NCBI GenBank assembly: GCA_949285145.1
Contig: CASDXQ010000002.1
Span: forward strand, 17,516-81,515
Length of the DNA stretch: 64,000 nt
Source: an uncultured Spirochaetales bacterium
Lineage (GTDB): Bacteria; Spirochaetota; Spirochaetia; Sphaerochaetales; Sphaerochaetaceae
Reading direction: 5' to 3'
The position numbers were made by a program, and so were the translations under genes. Positions 10,437 to 18,209 of this stretch are shown here, piece by piece. The notes under the pieces were generated by a model. That model did no database searches and was not told where the DNA came from. It was given only the letters and a program-made list of their open reading frames with translations. Position 1 is the stretch's first letter. Each line of letters opens with the position of its first letter.

Positions 10437-10703
10437 CTATTTTCTGAGACCCAGTTTTGCGATGAGCTCTCTGTATTCGTTGATGTCACGGTTCTTGATA
10501 TAGCGCAGAAGTCTTCTTCTCTGACCAACCATCTTGAGAAGACCGCGGCGTGATGCATGATCTTTCGGGTGAGTCTTGAAATGGCTCTGAAGATCATTGA
10601 TCCTTGCTGTGAGAAGTGCGACCTGAACAGCAACATCACCTGTATTTGTTGTGTTGCCGCCATACTGTGAAACGATTTCCTGCTTTGTTTCCTTTGTAAT
10701 CAT
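10437..10703 (-). CDS. rpsO: 30S ribosomal protein S15
   Basis: 88 aa with [44 protein letters not shown], a classic S15 sequence. Confidence 0.96.
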   Translation of the reverse strand: MITKETKQEIVSQYGGNTTNTGDVAVQVALLTARINDLQSHFKTHPKDHASRRGLLKMVGQRRRLLRYIKNRDINEYRELIAKLGLRK

Positions 10704-11506
10704 CTGAGTTTTTCTCCTTGACTTAAAAACATGATTGAATCAGCACCGTTCCTGTCCAGAGGATATGAGGAGCGGATCACAAGTTTTTTTCCCTCGATTC
10801 TCAGAATGCAGTCCTCACAGGACTTGTTCATGAGAATCAGGAGAGCTCTGTAAATCCCGTCTCCTGGCAGTCCCTGACCTGTCACGGCCATGCTGTTGTA
10901 CCATCCACCGTCACTGACAAACACATTATCCGTCAGATCATAGCGGTAAGCACTGCCTGCGAGTCTGTTCACGCCTGCGATGTCCCCCTGTGCAAGAAGC
11001 TCTCTGAGTCTGGTTGAAGAAATCCTGACACGGCCGGTGTCCAGAACAGGCGGAATGATTCTCACATCCGCAGCGACACCTTCACATTCAAACGCACGGG
11101 ACAATTCTCCAGCCGTAATCTGATTCCCTGCGTAACCGCATCTGAAGTCCTCCCCGACTATGACGGCATTTACACGGCACATCGTACATAGCAAGTGAAT
11201 GAACTCACGACCTGATATCATATGACAAAAGTCAATAACCAGTGTGTAATCAGTGAAAAAACTTTCAATGTAGGAACATCTGAGCCTCAAAGTATCAAGT
11301 GAGGGAATGTTTCTGTCCTTCGGATTGACGGAAAAAGTGATGACGCATGTCATGCAGCCCGGATGTGCAAGCTTATAATCACTCAGTGTCGTGAATATTT
11401 TCCTGTGCCCCAGATGGACGCCGTCAAAAACGCCTATTGCAAGGGCAATGTCTCTGTCTTTCATCAGCCCTTCTTCAAGGCATGTCGAAAAGTCAAATAT
11501 CCTCAC
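10700..11506 (-). CDS. ribF: FAD synthetase (RibF family) with a short, divergent C-terminal kinase-like domain
   Basis: 268 aa. The N-terminal nucleotidyltransferase motif [14 protein letters not shown] is present. The C-terminal ~90 aa lacks a recognisable GxPTAN riboflavin-kinase motif. Confidence 0.7.
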   Translation of the reverse strand: MRIFDFSTCLEEGLMKDRDIALAIGVFDGVHLGHRKIFTTLSDYKLAHPGCMTCVITFSVNPKDRNIPSLDTLRLRCSYIESFFTDYTLVIDFCHMISGREFIHLLCTMCRVNAVIVGEDFRCGYAGNQITAGELSRAFECEGVAADVRIIPPVLDTGRVRISSTRLRELLAQGDIAGVNRLAGSAYRYDLTDNVFVSDGGWYNSMAVTGQGLPGDGIYRALLILMNKSCEDCILRIEGKKLVIRSSYPLDRNGADSIMFLSQGEKLR

Positions 11507-12383
11507 GGTTCACCATGGCTGTGATTGAATAGCCGCCATTTTCCTTTTCCCTTAAAACACCAAGCAGCCTCCCTCTGTTGTAAAGAAGGCAGTACCCGCT
11601 TGAAGATTCCTTCAGCACACTCAAGGCAGGCAGGGAGACATAGCCGTTTCTGAGACGGTAAAGCCCTGCATCTGCGATATCAGCAACACCGTCTATGACT
11701 GCCTTGAGATTTGATTCTGTCTGTTTGCAGGATGCAGGTATGTCTGTCACATCCTCATAGCAGAAAGGCCCGATAGAATAACGTTCGAGAGCCGCGAGAT
11801 GACCGGCGCTTCCCACTGCCACAGCAATATCGCGGGCAAGTGAGCGGATATAGGTTCCCTTGCTTACACGGCAGTCGATAATAAGATACGGTGCCTCATA
11901 TGAAAGAACAGAAAGAGAGTGTATCCTCACCTTTCTCGGCTTCATATCCACTTCCCTGTCGCTTCGCGCAAGTTCATATGCTCTTTTACCACCGACATGG
12001 ATTGCGGAGTACACCGGTGGGATCTGTTCGATCTCTCCGGTGAAAGAAGGAAGAATTTTCTCTATTTCTCCAAGACTGGGAATATGTTCAGAGCGTCTTA
12101 CGATTTCTCCATCAGGATCCAGCGTGTCGGTCTCGCATCCCAGCATTATCCTGGCTCTGTATGACTTGTCGAATCCGGAGAAGACAGGATTGAGTTTCGT
12201 TGCTTCTCCGGTAAGGACGATCATGAGGCCGGAAGCGAACTTATCAAGAGTTCCGCAGTGTCCGACCTTGCTTCCCTTATAGATTCTCTTGACCGGGTAG
12301 AGTGACTGGAAGCTTGTCACACCGCTTTCCTTTTTCGCAATTATTACAGAAAAGTCACTCATGCTTTCCCAATGCTCTGTCAA
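11493..12383 (-). CDS. truB: tRNA pseudouridine(55) synthase
   Basis: 296 aa with the catalytic motif VGHCGTLDKFASGLMIVLTG and IPPVYSAIHVGGKRAYELAR. Confidence 0.9.
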   Translation of the reverse strand: MTEHWESMSDFSVIIAKKESGVTSFQSLYPVKRIYKGSKVGHCGTLDKFASGLMIVLTGEATKLNPVFSGFDKSYRARIMLGCETDTLDPDGEIVRRSEHIPSLGEIEKILPSFTGEIEQIPPVYSAIHVGGKRAYELARSDREVDMKPRKVRIHSLSVLSYEAPYLIIDCRVSKGTYIRSLARDIAVAVGSAGHLAALERYSIGPFCYEDVTDIPASCKQTESNLKAVIDGVADIADAGLYRLRNGYVSLPALSVLKESSSGYCLLYNRGRLLGVLREKENGGYSITAMVNREDI

Positions 12384-12708
12384 TTAGGTTGTTTATTCTT
12401 TCTCCTTCCTGATAGCTTGTATCCGGATGGAATCTCAGCACGGGCGTGTTGCGTGTCTTCAGTATCTTAGCCAGATGTCCCTGAATGAAACCTGCCGCAC
12501 TGTTGAGAGCCTTGATGCTTTTCCCGAGATCTTTCTCCATAAGGCATGAGACGAAAACATCCGCATATGCATTGTCAGGAGAAAGGGAAACCTCCGTGAC
12601 TGAACAGAAACGCGACAGCGACGGGTTCTTAATAACACCCGTCACTATCATTGTGGAAACACTCTCAAGTATCCTTGATTCCAGTCTTTCTTCTGAATAC
12701 TGACTCAT
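12355..12708 (-). CDS. rbfA: Ribosome-binding factor A
   Basis: 117 aa. RbfA-like size and position between infB and truB. The sequence contains RLESRILESVSTMI...VTEVSLSPDNAYADVFVS. Confidence 0.85.
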   Translation of the reverse strand: MSQYSEERLESRILESVSTMIVTGVIKNPSLSRFCSVTEVSLSPDNAYADVFVSCLMEKDLGKSIKALNSAAGFIQGHLAKILKTRNTPVLRFHPDTSYQEGERINNLIDRALGKHE

Positions 12709-15335
12709 TCCGGTATATCCAATTTCCTTGCAATTTCCTGCATCTGAACGAATTCAAGGATATCACCCTTCTGGAGATCCTGGAAGTTCTCAAGACCGAT
12801 ACCACATTCATAACCGGCATTGACTTCCTTGACGTCATCCTTGAATCTCTTGAGAGACATCATCCTGATGTTCTCCTTGTTAATCTGGATGCTGTCCCTG
12901 ATAACCTTCACATATGCATTCCTTGTGACTTTTCCATCAAGGATGTAGCAACCTGCGACAAGACCGATCTTGGGAACACGGAAGACTTCCCTGACTTCGG
13001 CAGTGCCGAGATCAACTTCCCTGATTTCAGGAGAGAGCATGCCTTCCATTGCCGCCTTGATGTCGTCAACCACATCATAGATGATGTTGTACTTCTTGAT
13101 CTCGACTTTCTCCTGTTCGGCAAGAGCCTGTGCACGCGGAGTCGGACGGACGTTGAAGCCGATGACAAGCGCATTTGAAGCGGCTGCAAGAGTAATATCA
13201 CTTTCGATGATCGCACCGGCGGAGGCTCTGATGACGTTCAGGCGGATTTCGCTTGTACTGAGTTTCTCAAGTGTACCCTGAAGAGCTTCGACAGAACCCT
13301 GGACATCACCCTTGATGATGACATTGAAGTCCTTGATCTCCCCTTCCTTGATCTTGTCATAGAGATTTTCGAGTGTAACCTTGTTTCCTGCACCTGTGTT
13401 GCCCAGTCTCTCAAGCTCCTGTCTCTTAGCACCGACCATTCTGGCCTGCTTCTCATCTTCGGTGACCTGGAACGGATCGCCTGCTGAAGGAATATTTGAA
13501 AGACCGATGATCTCAACAGGAGTGGAAGGGCCTGCACTCTGTATCTTCTTGCCCTTGTCGTCAAACATCGCCCTGACTCTTCCGGGATATATTCCCGCAA
13601 CGTAATAGTCGCCCTGATGCAGAGTACCTTTCTGCACGATGACAGTTGCGACAGTGCCTCTTCCCTGATCAATGCGGGACTCAAGCACCTTTCCCACTGC
13701 CCTGCAGTTCGGATTTGCCCTGAGTTCAAGCATCTCAGCCTGAAGCAGTATTGTATCAAGAAGATCGTCGATACCTTCCTTTTTGAGCGCTGATATCCTG
13801 CAGTAGAGAGTCTGACCACCCCATTCTTCCGGAACAAGTCCGATCTCTGAGAGCTGCTGCATGACTCTGTCGGGATTGCTGTCTGCGAGATCGCATTTGT
13901 TGATGGCTACGATTATAGGCACTTTCGCAGCCAGTGCATGGTCAATGGCCTCCCTCGTCTGTGGCATGACACCGTCATTTGCCGCAACAACAAGAACAAC
14001 GATATCCGTGATCTGTGCACCGCGGGCTCTCATCATGGAGAATGCGGCATGACCCGGAGTGTCCAGGAATACAACATCGCCTCTGCCCGGCACATTCACC
14101 TTATATGCACCGATATGCTGAGTAATGCCGCCGAACTCGCCTTCTGCGACGTTGCTTGACCTGATCGCATCAAGAAGCTTTGTCTTACCGTGGTCGACGT
14201 GACCCATGATCGTGACGATAGGGGCACGCGGAACCATGTCCTCCTCTCTGTCTTCCTCGTTCTCAATAACTGTTTCATCGTAAAGAGAGACAAGATGCAC
14301 AGAACAACCGAACTCAGATGCGATGATTTCAGCTGTTTCGTGGTCGATCTGCTGGTTTATGGTAACCATCATCCCCATTTTGAAGAGCTTTGATATGATA
14401 TCGCTCGCCTTGAGATTCATCTTCTTTGCAAGGTCGCTTACTGTGATGTTCTCCATAATATCAATTGACTTCGGAACGGCGGCAAGTTTGCTTTCCTCTT
14501 TCTTCTTCTGCTGATACTGGAAGTCGACTTCCTGATCCTTTCTGTTCCTGTAGTCATTGTTGTCCTTCTTTTTTCCGCCGGACTTTCTTGCTCCGCTTTT
14601 CTGATTGAGATCAAGGGCATCGCTGCCTGAAACTCCTGCGGAAGTACGTGCAGGACGGGTAAATGAACCGCCCTGACGGTTGAAAGGCTGGCCGCCTGCT
14701 GCATTGCCGCCGAAACGGGAAGAACCGTCTTTGCCGAAAGGACGTCGTCCGTCTGCTCCCTGCTGCGCATTGCTGTTCGGAAAACGTCTGCCGCCTGCAT
14801 TGCTGTTTCCGCCATAACGCTGTCCGGATGGACGTGTCGGCCTGCCGCCGACTATACCGGCAACCCTCGGCCTGCCTGAAGTCTGGGATGTGGAGACGAC
14901 CTGGCCGGGAACCGGAGGAAGATTGCTTGCCTTTATGACAACAGGGCCGTTATGAAGAATACTGTTCACCCTCTCGCCTCCGACAAGATTCCTGTTGGCT
15001 GCAGGGACTGTCTGTGAAAGACGGCTGCTTCCGTTTGAAGGAGTCTGCCTGATCTGAGGTGATACGGAAGGATGAACAAGAGTTCCCTTTTCCGCTTTGA
15101 CCTGTGCGGCCGGCCGGGCCGGAGCTGATGAAGCAGATGATACGGCCTCCTCTTTCTTCTCATCCTTCACTTTGGCCTTGACCGTAACGATCTTCTTTTT
15201 TATGACAACGACCTTTTTCTCGGGATTCGAAGAGGCTGCAGCCTGCTGTGCGTTATTCTGCACAGTGGCAGAAGGTACCGGACTCTGGCTCTTCTTTATA
15301 ACTCTGATTTTCGTCTTTTCTTCGCTCATATTCAC
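12705..15335 (-). CDS. infB: Translation initiation factor IF-2
   Basis: 876 aa. A low-complexity N-terminus is followed by GTPase motifs GHVDHGKTKLLD, DTPGH and NKCD, then the IF-2 C-terminal domains. Confidence 0.96.
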   Translation of the reverse strand: MNMSEEKTKIRVIKKSQSPVPSATVQNNAQQAAASSNPEKKVVVIKKKIVTVKAKVKDEKKEEAVSSASSAPARPAAQVKAEKGTLVHPSVSPQIRQTPSNGSSRLSQTVPAANRNLVGGERVNSILHNGPVVIKASNLPPVPGQVVSTSQTSGRPRVAGIVGGRPTRPSGQRYGGNSNAGGRRFPNSNAQQGADGRRPFGKDGSSRFGGNAAGGQPFNRQGGSFTRPARTSAGVSGSDALDLNQKSGARKSGGKKKDNNDYRNRKDQEVDFQYQQKKKEESKLAAVPKSIDIMENITVSDLAKKMNLKASDIISKLFKMGMMVTINQQIDHETAEIIASEFGCSVHLVSLYDETVIENEEDREEDMVPRAPIVTIMGHVDHGKTKLLDAIRSSNVAEGEFGGITQHIGAYKVNVPGRGDVVFLDTPGHAAFSMMRARGAQITDIVVLVVAANDGVMPQTREAIDHALAAKVPIIVAINKCDLADSNPDRVMQQLSEIGLVPEEWGGQTLYCRISALKKEGIDDLLDTILLQAEMLELRANPNCRAVGKVLESRIDQGRGTVATVIVQKGTLHQGDYYVAGIYPGRVRAMFDDKGKKIQSAGPSTPVEIIGLSNIPSAGDPFQVTEDEKQARMVGAKRQELERLGNTGAGNKVTLENLYDKIKEGEIKDFNVIIKGDVQGSVEALQGTLEKLSTSEIRLNVIRASAGAIIESDITLAAASNALVIGFNVRPTPRAQALAEQEKVEIKKYNIIYDVVDDIKAAMEGMLSPEIREVDLGTAEVREVFRVPKIGLVAGCYILDGKVTRNAYVKVIRDSIQINKENIRMMSLKRFKDDVKEVNAGYECGIGLENFQDLQKGDILEFVQMQEIARKLDIPE

Positions 15336-15346
15336 CTTAAATTCAA

Positions 15347-16882
15347 TTATTCTTCTTCAAATTCGAACTCTACGCCACAGTTTGGACATACAGTTGTCCC
15401 CACCTTGACACTGTGACCGCAGTTGGGACATTCAAACTCCTCTTCGACTTCTTCCTCAACGGAAATGTATTCATTGATGGAATCTCTTTCTTCCTGTGTA
15501 AGTCCGATCTCATCAAGCTCATCATCGGTGAGATTCGCATATTCCTCAACCGTGTAGATGTCGCGGAAATTGAGCTTCTGCACAAGATCTGGCGAGATGC
15601 TGAGTTCGGAAAGAAGAGTCTCATTCTCATCGATTCCGAGCTCCTGAGCTGTAAGAGGCTTGTCTGCTGCGACATCCATATTCTCATCAACCGGCATGCC
15701 GTTTGTGAAAATGGCCTCAGCCTTCTCCCTTGTTTCCTGAGAGATATCGAGAGCATCGAACTGCTCCTGTGTCATAACCTCGATCATCCAGTCACAGAGG
15801 CTGTTCGCAAGGTTTACATTGACGCCCTTCGGACCGATTGCAAGACCGACATCCTTCTGACTTACGATCGCAACAGCTCTCTTTGTGGTGAAGTCAATGA
15901 GGTAGACCTTCTCGACATGAGCCGGAGTCAGTGCGGATGCGATGAAGTTGATAGGATTCTCATCATATGGAATGACATCAATCTTCTCACCTTCGATTTC
16001 AGTGATGATGCTCTGGATTCTGTTGCCTTTGAGACCGACAGTCGCACCGACCGGATCGATATCACGGCTGTTGCTCTTCACGGCAACCTTAGTCCTCTGT
16101 CCTGCGGTTCTCACGATTTTTACAATCTCAACTTCCCTGTCGTAAATTTCCGGTACCTGGATTGAAAGAAGTTTCTCGATGAGTTTCGGAGTCGTACGTG
16201 AAAGAATGATCCTGACATCCTTTTTCTGCTTTCTGCCCTTCTGGTTCACCTGAGGATCTTTCGCACTGTCAGCATTCTCGACTTTCTCAAGGTAGCATTT
16301 GACTTCAGTACCCTGATCATAGGTTTCTCTGGGCGACTGGTTCTTATAAGGAAGAAGACCTTCAACTCCGCCTCCGACATTCAGCCTTATATCACCGTTG
16401 GGCAGAATGGAGTTGACAATACAGAGAATGATCTCGCCTTCCTTTGCCTTGAATTCTTTATATGTTCTGTTGTTCTGGACTTCCTTGAATGTCTGCTGTG
16501 CCCTCTGCTTTGCAGACTGTACAGCACCTCTGTCGAATGTGGAGAGATCAATCGGGATGAGAAGCTCATCTCCGATCTCGGCATCCTCACTGAGTTCCAG
16601 AGCCTCGTCGAGGGGAATTTCAGTAACCTCGTTGTAATAATTATCCTCGTCAACAACGATCTTCCTTGAACAGACAGTAAGCTCGTCATCATCTGAGAAT
16701 GAGATCTCCACATTGGAATCTGTACCATATCTTCTCTTATATGCTGCCTTGACGAATTCTCTGACAGTCTCGAGAACCATATCACGGGTATAGTTCTTCT
16801 CTTCTATCATGCTTCTTATAGCATCTCTCAAATCAGTATTTCGCTTTCTGTATTTCATCATATGCAAGGGAAAGAGTCTCAA
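15347..16882 (-). CDS. nusA: Transcription termination/antitermination factor NusA with a C-terminal CPNCG zinc ribbon
   Basis: 511 aa with an N-terminal domain, S1, two KH domains (VGLKGNRIQSI, GPKGVNVNLA), an acidic tail and a terminal FECPNCGHSVKVGTTVCPNCG. The start is ambiguous: TTG at 16882 just after GGGGAGG, or ATG at 16861/16858. Confidence 0.9.
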   Translation of the reverse strand: MRLFPLHMMKYRKRNTDLRDAIRSMIEEKNYTRDMVLETVREFVKAAYKRRYGTDSNVEISFSDDDELTVCSRKIVVDEDNYYNEVTEIPLDEALELSEDAEIGDELLIPIDLSTFDRGAVQSAKQRAQQTFKEVQNNRTYKEFKAKEGEIILCIVNSILPNGDIRLNVGGGVEGLLPYKNQSPRETYDQGTEVKCYLEKVENADSAKDPQVNQKGRKQKKDVRIILSRTTPKLIEKLLSIQVPEIYDREVEIVKIVRTAGQRTKVAVKSNSRDIDPVGATVGLKGNRIQSIITEIEGEKIDVIPYDENPINFIASALTPAHVEKVYLIDFTTKRAVAIVSQKDVGLAIGPKGVNVNLANSLCDWMIEVMTQEQFDALDISQETREKAEAIFTNGMPVDENMDVAADKPLTAQELGIDENETLLSELSISPDLVQKLNFRDIYTVEEYANLTDDELDEIGLTQEERDSINEYISVEEEVEEEFECPNCGHSVKVGTTVCPNCGVEFEFEEE

Positions 16883-17300
16883 AGCCCTCCCCTGTATCCT
16901 GAACGAGTGCTGATGTCAGCGTGACTCCGTTGTCATCAGCATCGCTGATTATTCCCTCAATATTGGATGAGTATGTGGAAGAATAGACTTTTACAAGCTT
17001 TCCCTTGAAAAGCGTGAATTCATACACATCCTTGAAATTCCTCTGCATTCCGGGACTTGAGACTTCAAGTGTGAGATCCCTTCTTCCGAAGATCACCTGA
17101 TAGCGCGGGTACACGATATTGTAGACCTCGGCAAGATCATCCGTAGTCACATCCCTGTCTGCAAGAAAGACGGTGAGATAGAGTTCCACTCCGCCAGGAG
17201 TCTCCCTCTTCTGCACGTCCACCACTTTGTAACCCATAGGTGCGATCAGATCCTGCACCTGTGTGAACAATGAATTTTCCTTTATCTCGTTTCTTAACAT
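16833..17300 (-). CDS. rimP: Ribosome maturation factor RimP
   Basis: 155 aa in the conserved position at the head of the nusA-infB operon. RimP-like sequence LIAPMGYKVVDV...LEVSSPGMQRNF. Confidence 0.85.
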   Translation of the reverse strand: MLRNEIKENSLFTQVQDLIAPMGYKVVDVQKRETPGGVELYLTVFLADRDVTTDDLAEVYNIVYPRYQVIFGRRDLTLEVSSPGMQRNFKDVYEFTLFKGKLVKVYSSTYSSNIEGIISDADDNGVTLTSALVQDTGEGFETLSLAYDEIQKAKY

Positions 17301-17311
17301 CCTTAATCCAT

Positions 17312-17344
17312 AAAAAAAGGAACACCAGTAATTGGGTTCCTTTT
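17312..17344 (-). terminator. Intrinsic terminator after the orphan secreted-protein gene
   Basis: The minus strand reads AAAGGAAC-CCAATTACTGGT-GTTCCTTTTTTTAT, an 8-bp stem followed by a run of 7 U. Confidence 0.7.
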
Positions 17345-17400
17345 CACTAGAAAATTGAACTATCCTAAGAATAGTGTTTTCTTGTATTTGTTGTCAAGAG

Positions 17401-17964
17401 TTATTCGGCAGTTACAGTAAGGGTGATATCTGCTTTGTAATTTTCTGATGCTCCGGCATTAGCATAATCATCTGCATCATATGTAAATTTTATTCCTGCA
17501 TAAAGATTTCTTAAACCTGAATTGTTTTCTTTACTATATTCCTTCTCTACCAATACGATTGATGGAGAATCGCCGGAACTGTCTGATGCCCATGTTGCAG
17601 TATTCTGTGATGAAGCATCATTTTTCAATGTCGAACTATCATCTGTTATTGTGGCCGTTAAACCAATTTTATCACTTGTATCTTCACTAGAAAGCGGATT
17701 ACCAGTAATAGTCAATCGAAGGCTGTCACCAGTGTTTGTCTTTACAGCAGCATAGACAGTTAAACCTTCAGCAGATGATATGGGCTGTTCAGAGCTTATT
17801 TTATTACTCCATGTACTAACATCATTTGAATTAATAAACCAACCTACTTCACTTTTTTTATCAACTTCAAGACTAACAGTTAAGTTAGCTTTGTCATTTA
17901 CAGCAGCAAAAACAAATCCTGCACATACAAGCAGCATCAGACCAATTGTCAATACTTTTTTCAT
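17401..17964 (-). CDS. Orphan secreted Ser/Thr/Asp-rich protein (hypothetical)
   Basis: 187 aa. It has a signal peptide (MKKVLTIGLMLLVCAGFVFAAV), an alternating beta-strand-like pattern (LTVSLEV...ITLTVTAE), a GGGGA RBS and its own terminator. The gene is visibly AT-rich compared with its neighbours. I recognise no family. Confidence 0.6.
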   Translation of the reverse strand: MKKVLTIGLMLLVCAGFVFAAVNDKANLTVSLEVDKKSEVGWFINSNDVSTWSNKISSEQPISSAEGLTVYAAVKTNTGDSLRLTITGNPLSSEDTSDKIGLTATITDDSSTLKNDASSQNTATWASDSSGDSPSIVLVEKEYSKENNSGLRNLYAGIKFTYDADDYANAGASENYKADITLTVTAE

Positions 17965-18019
17965 TTTAAATTTTCCCCTGTTTAATAATTTGTTGTTTTG
18001 TTTTTCCTTCTGGCAGTAT

Positions 18020-18145
18020 CTTATGTCATAAGTTTCAATCAGTCAACGGTTATACTGTGTTTTCCTGATTATTTTCTTAGAAAATAAGTAATACTTATGA
18101 CATAGGATACGCTGTACATGAATTTTTCAGACCTTATGACACATG
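18020..18145. promoter_or_regulatory. Three copies of a CTTATGACA(T/C)A motif upstream of the orphan secreted-protein gene
   Basis: Site 1 at 18020-18032 is CTTATGTCATAAG, a palindrome that reads CTTATGACATAAG on the other strand. Site 2 at 18093-18106 is ACTTATGACATAGG. Site 3 at 18132-18145 is CCTTATGACACATG. An overlapping ATAAGTAATACTTAT palindrome lies at 18084-18098. Confidence 0.4.
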
Positions 18146-18209
18146 TTTAAATGAAAAAGCATCTCTTAGTGCATGCATTTTTCCATTTTTCAGTCTTTTT
18201 ACAGATCTT

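Noticed and set aside
10361-10663. A 100-aa minus-strand ORF overlapping rpsO and the rpsO-pnp spacer.
   Set aside because: It is out of frame with the clear S15 gene and has no RBS or recognisable motifs. The spacer is better explained by the hairpin.
14440-15300. A repetitive Gly/Arg/Pro/Ser/Ala-rich stretch that could be taken for a tandem repeat or a separate gene.
   Set aside because: It is the usual low-complexity N-terminal region of IF-2, in frame with the GTPase domain. I saw no exact DNA tandem repeat.
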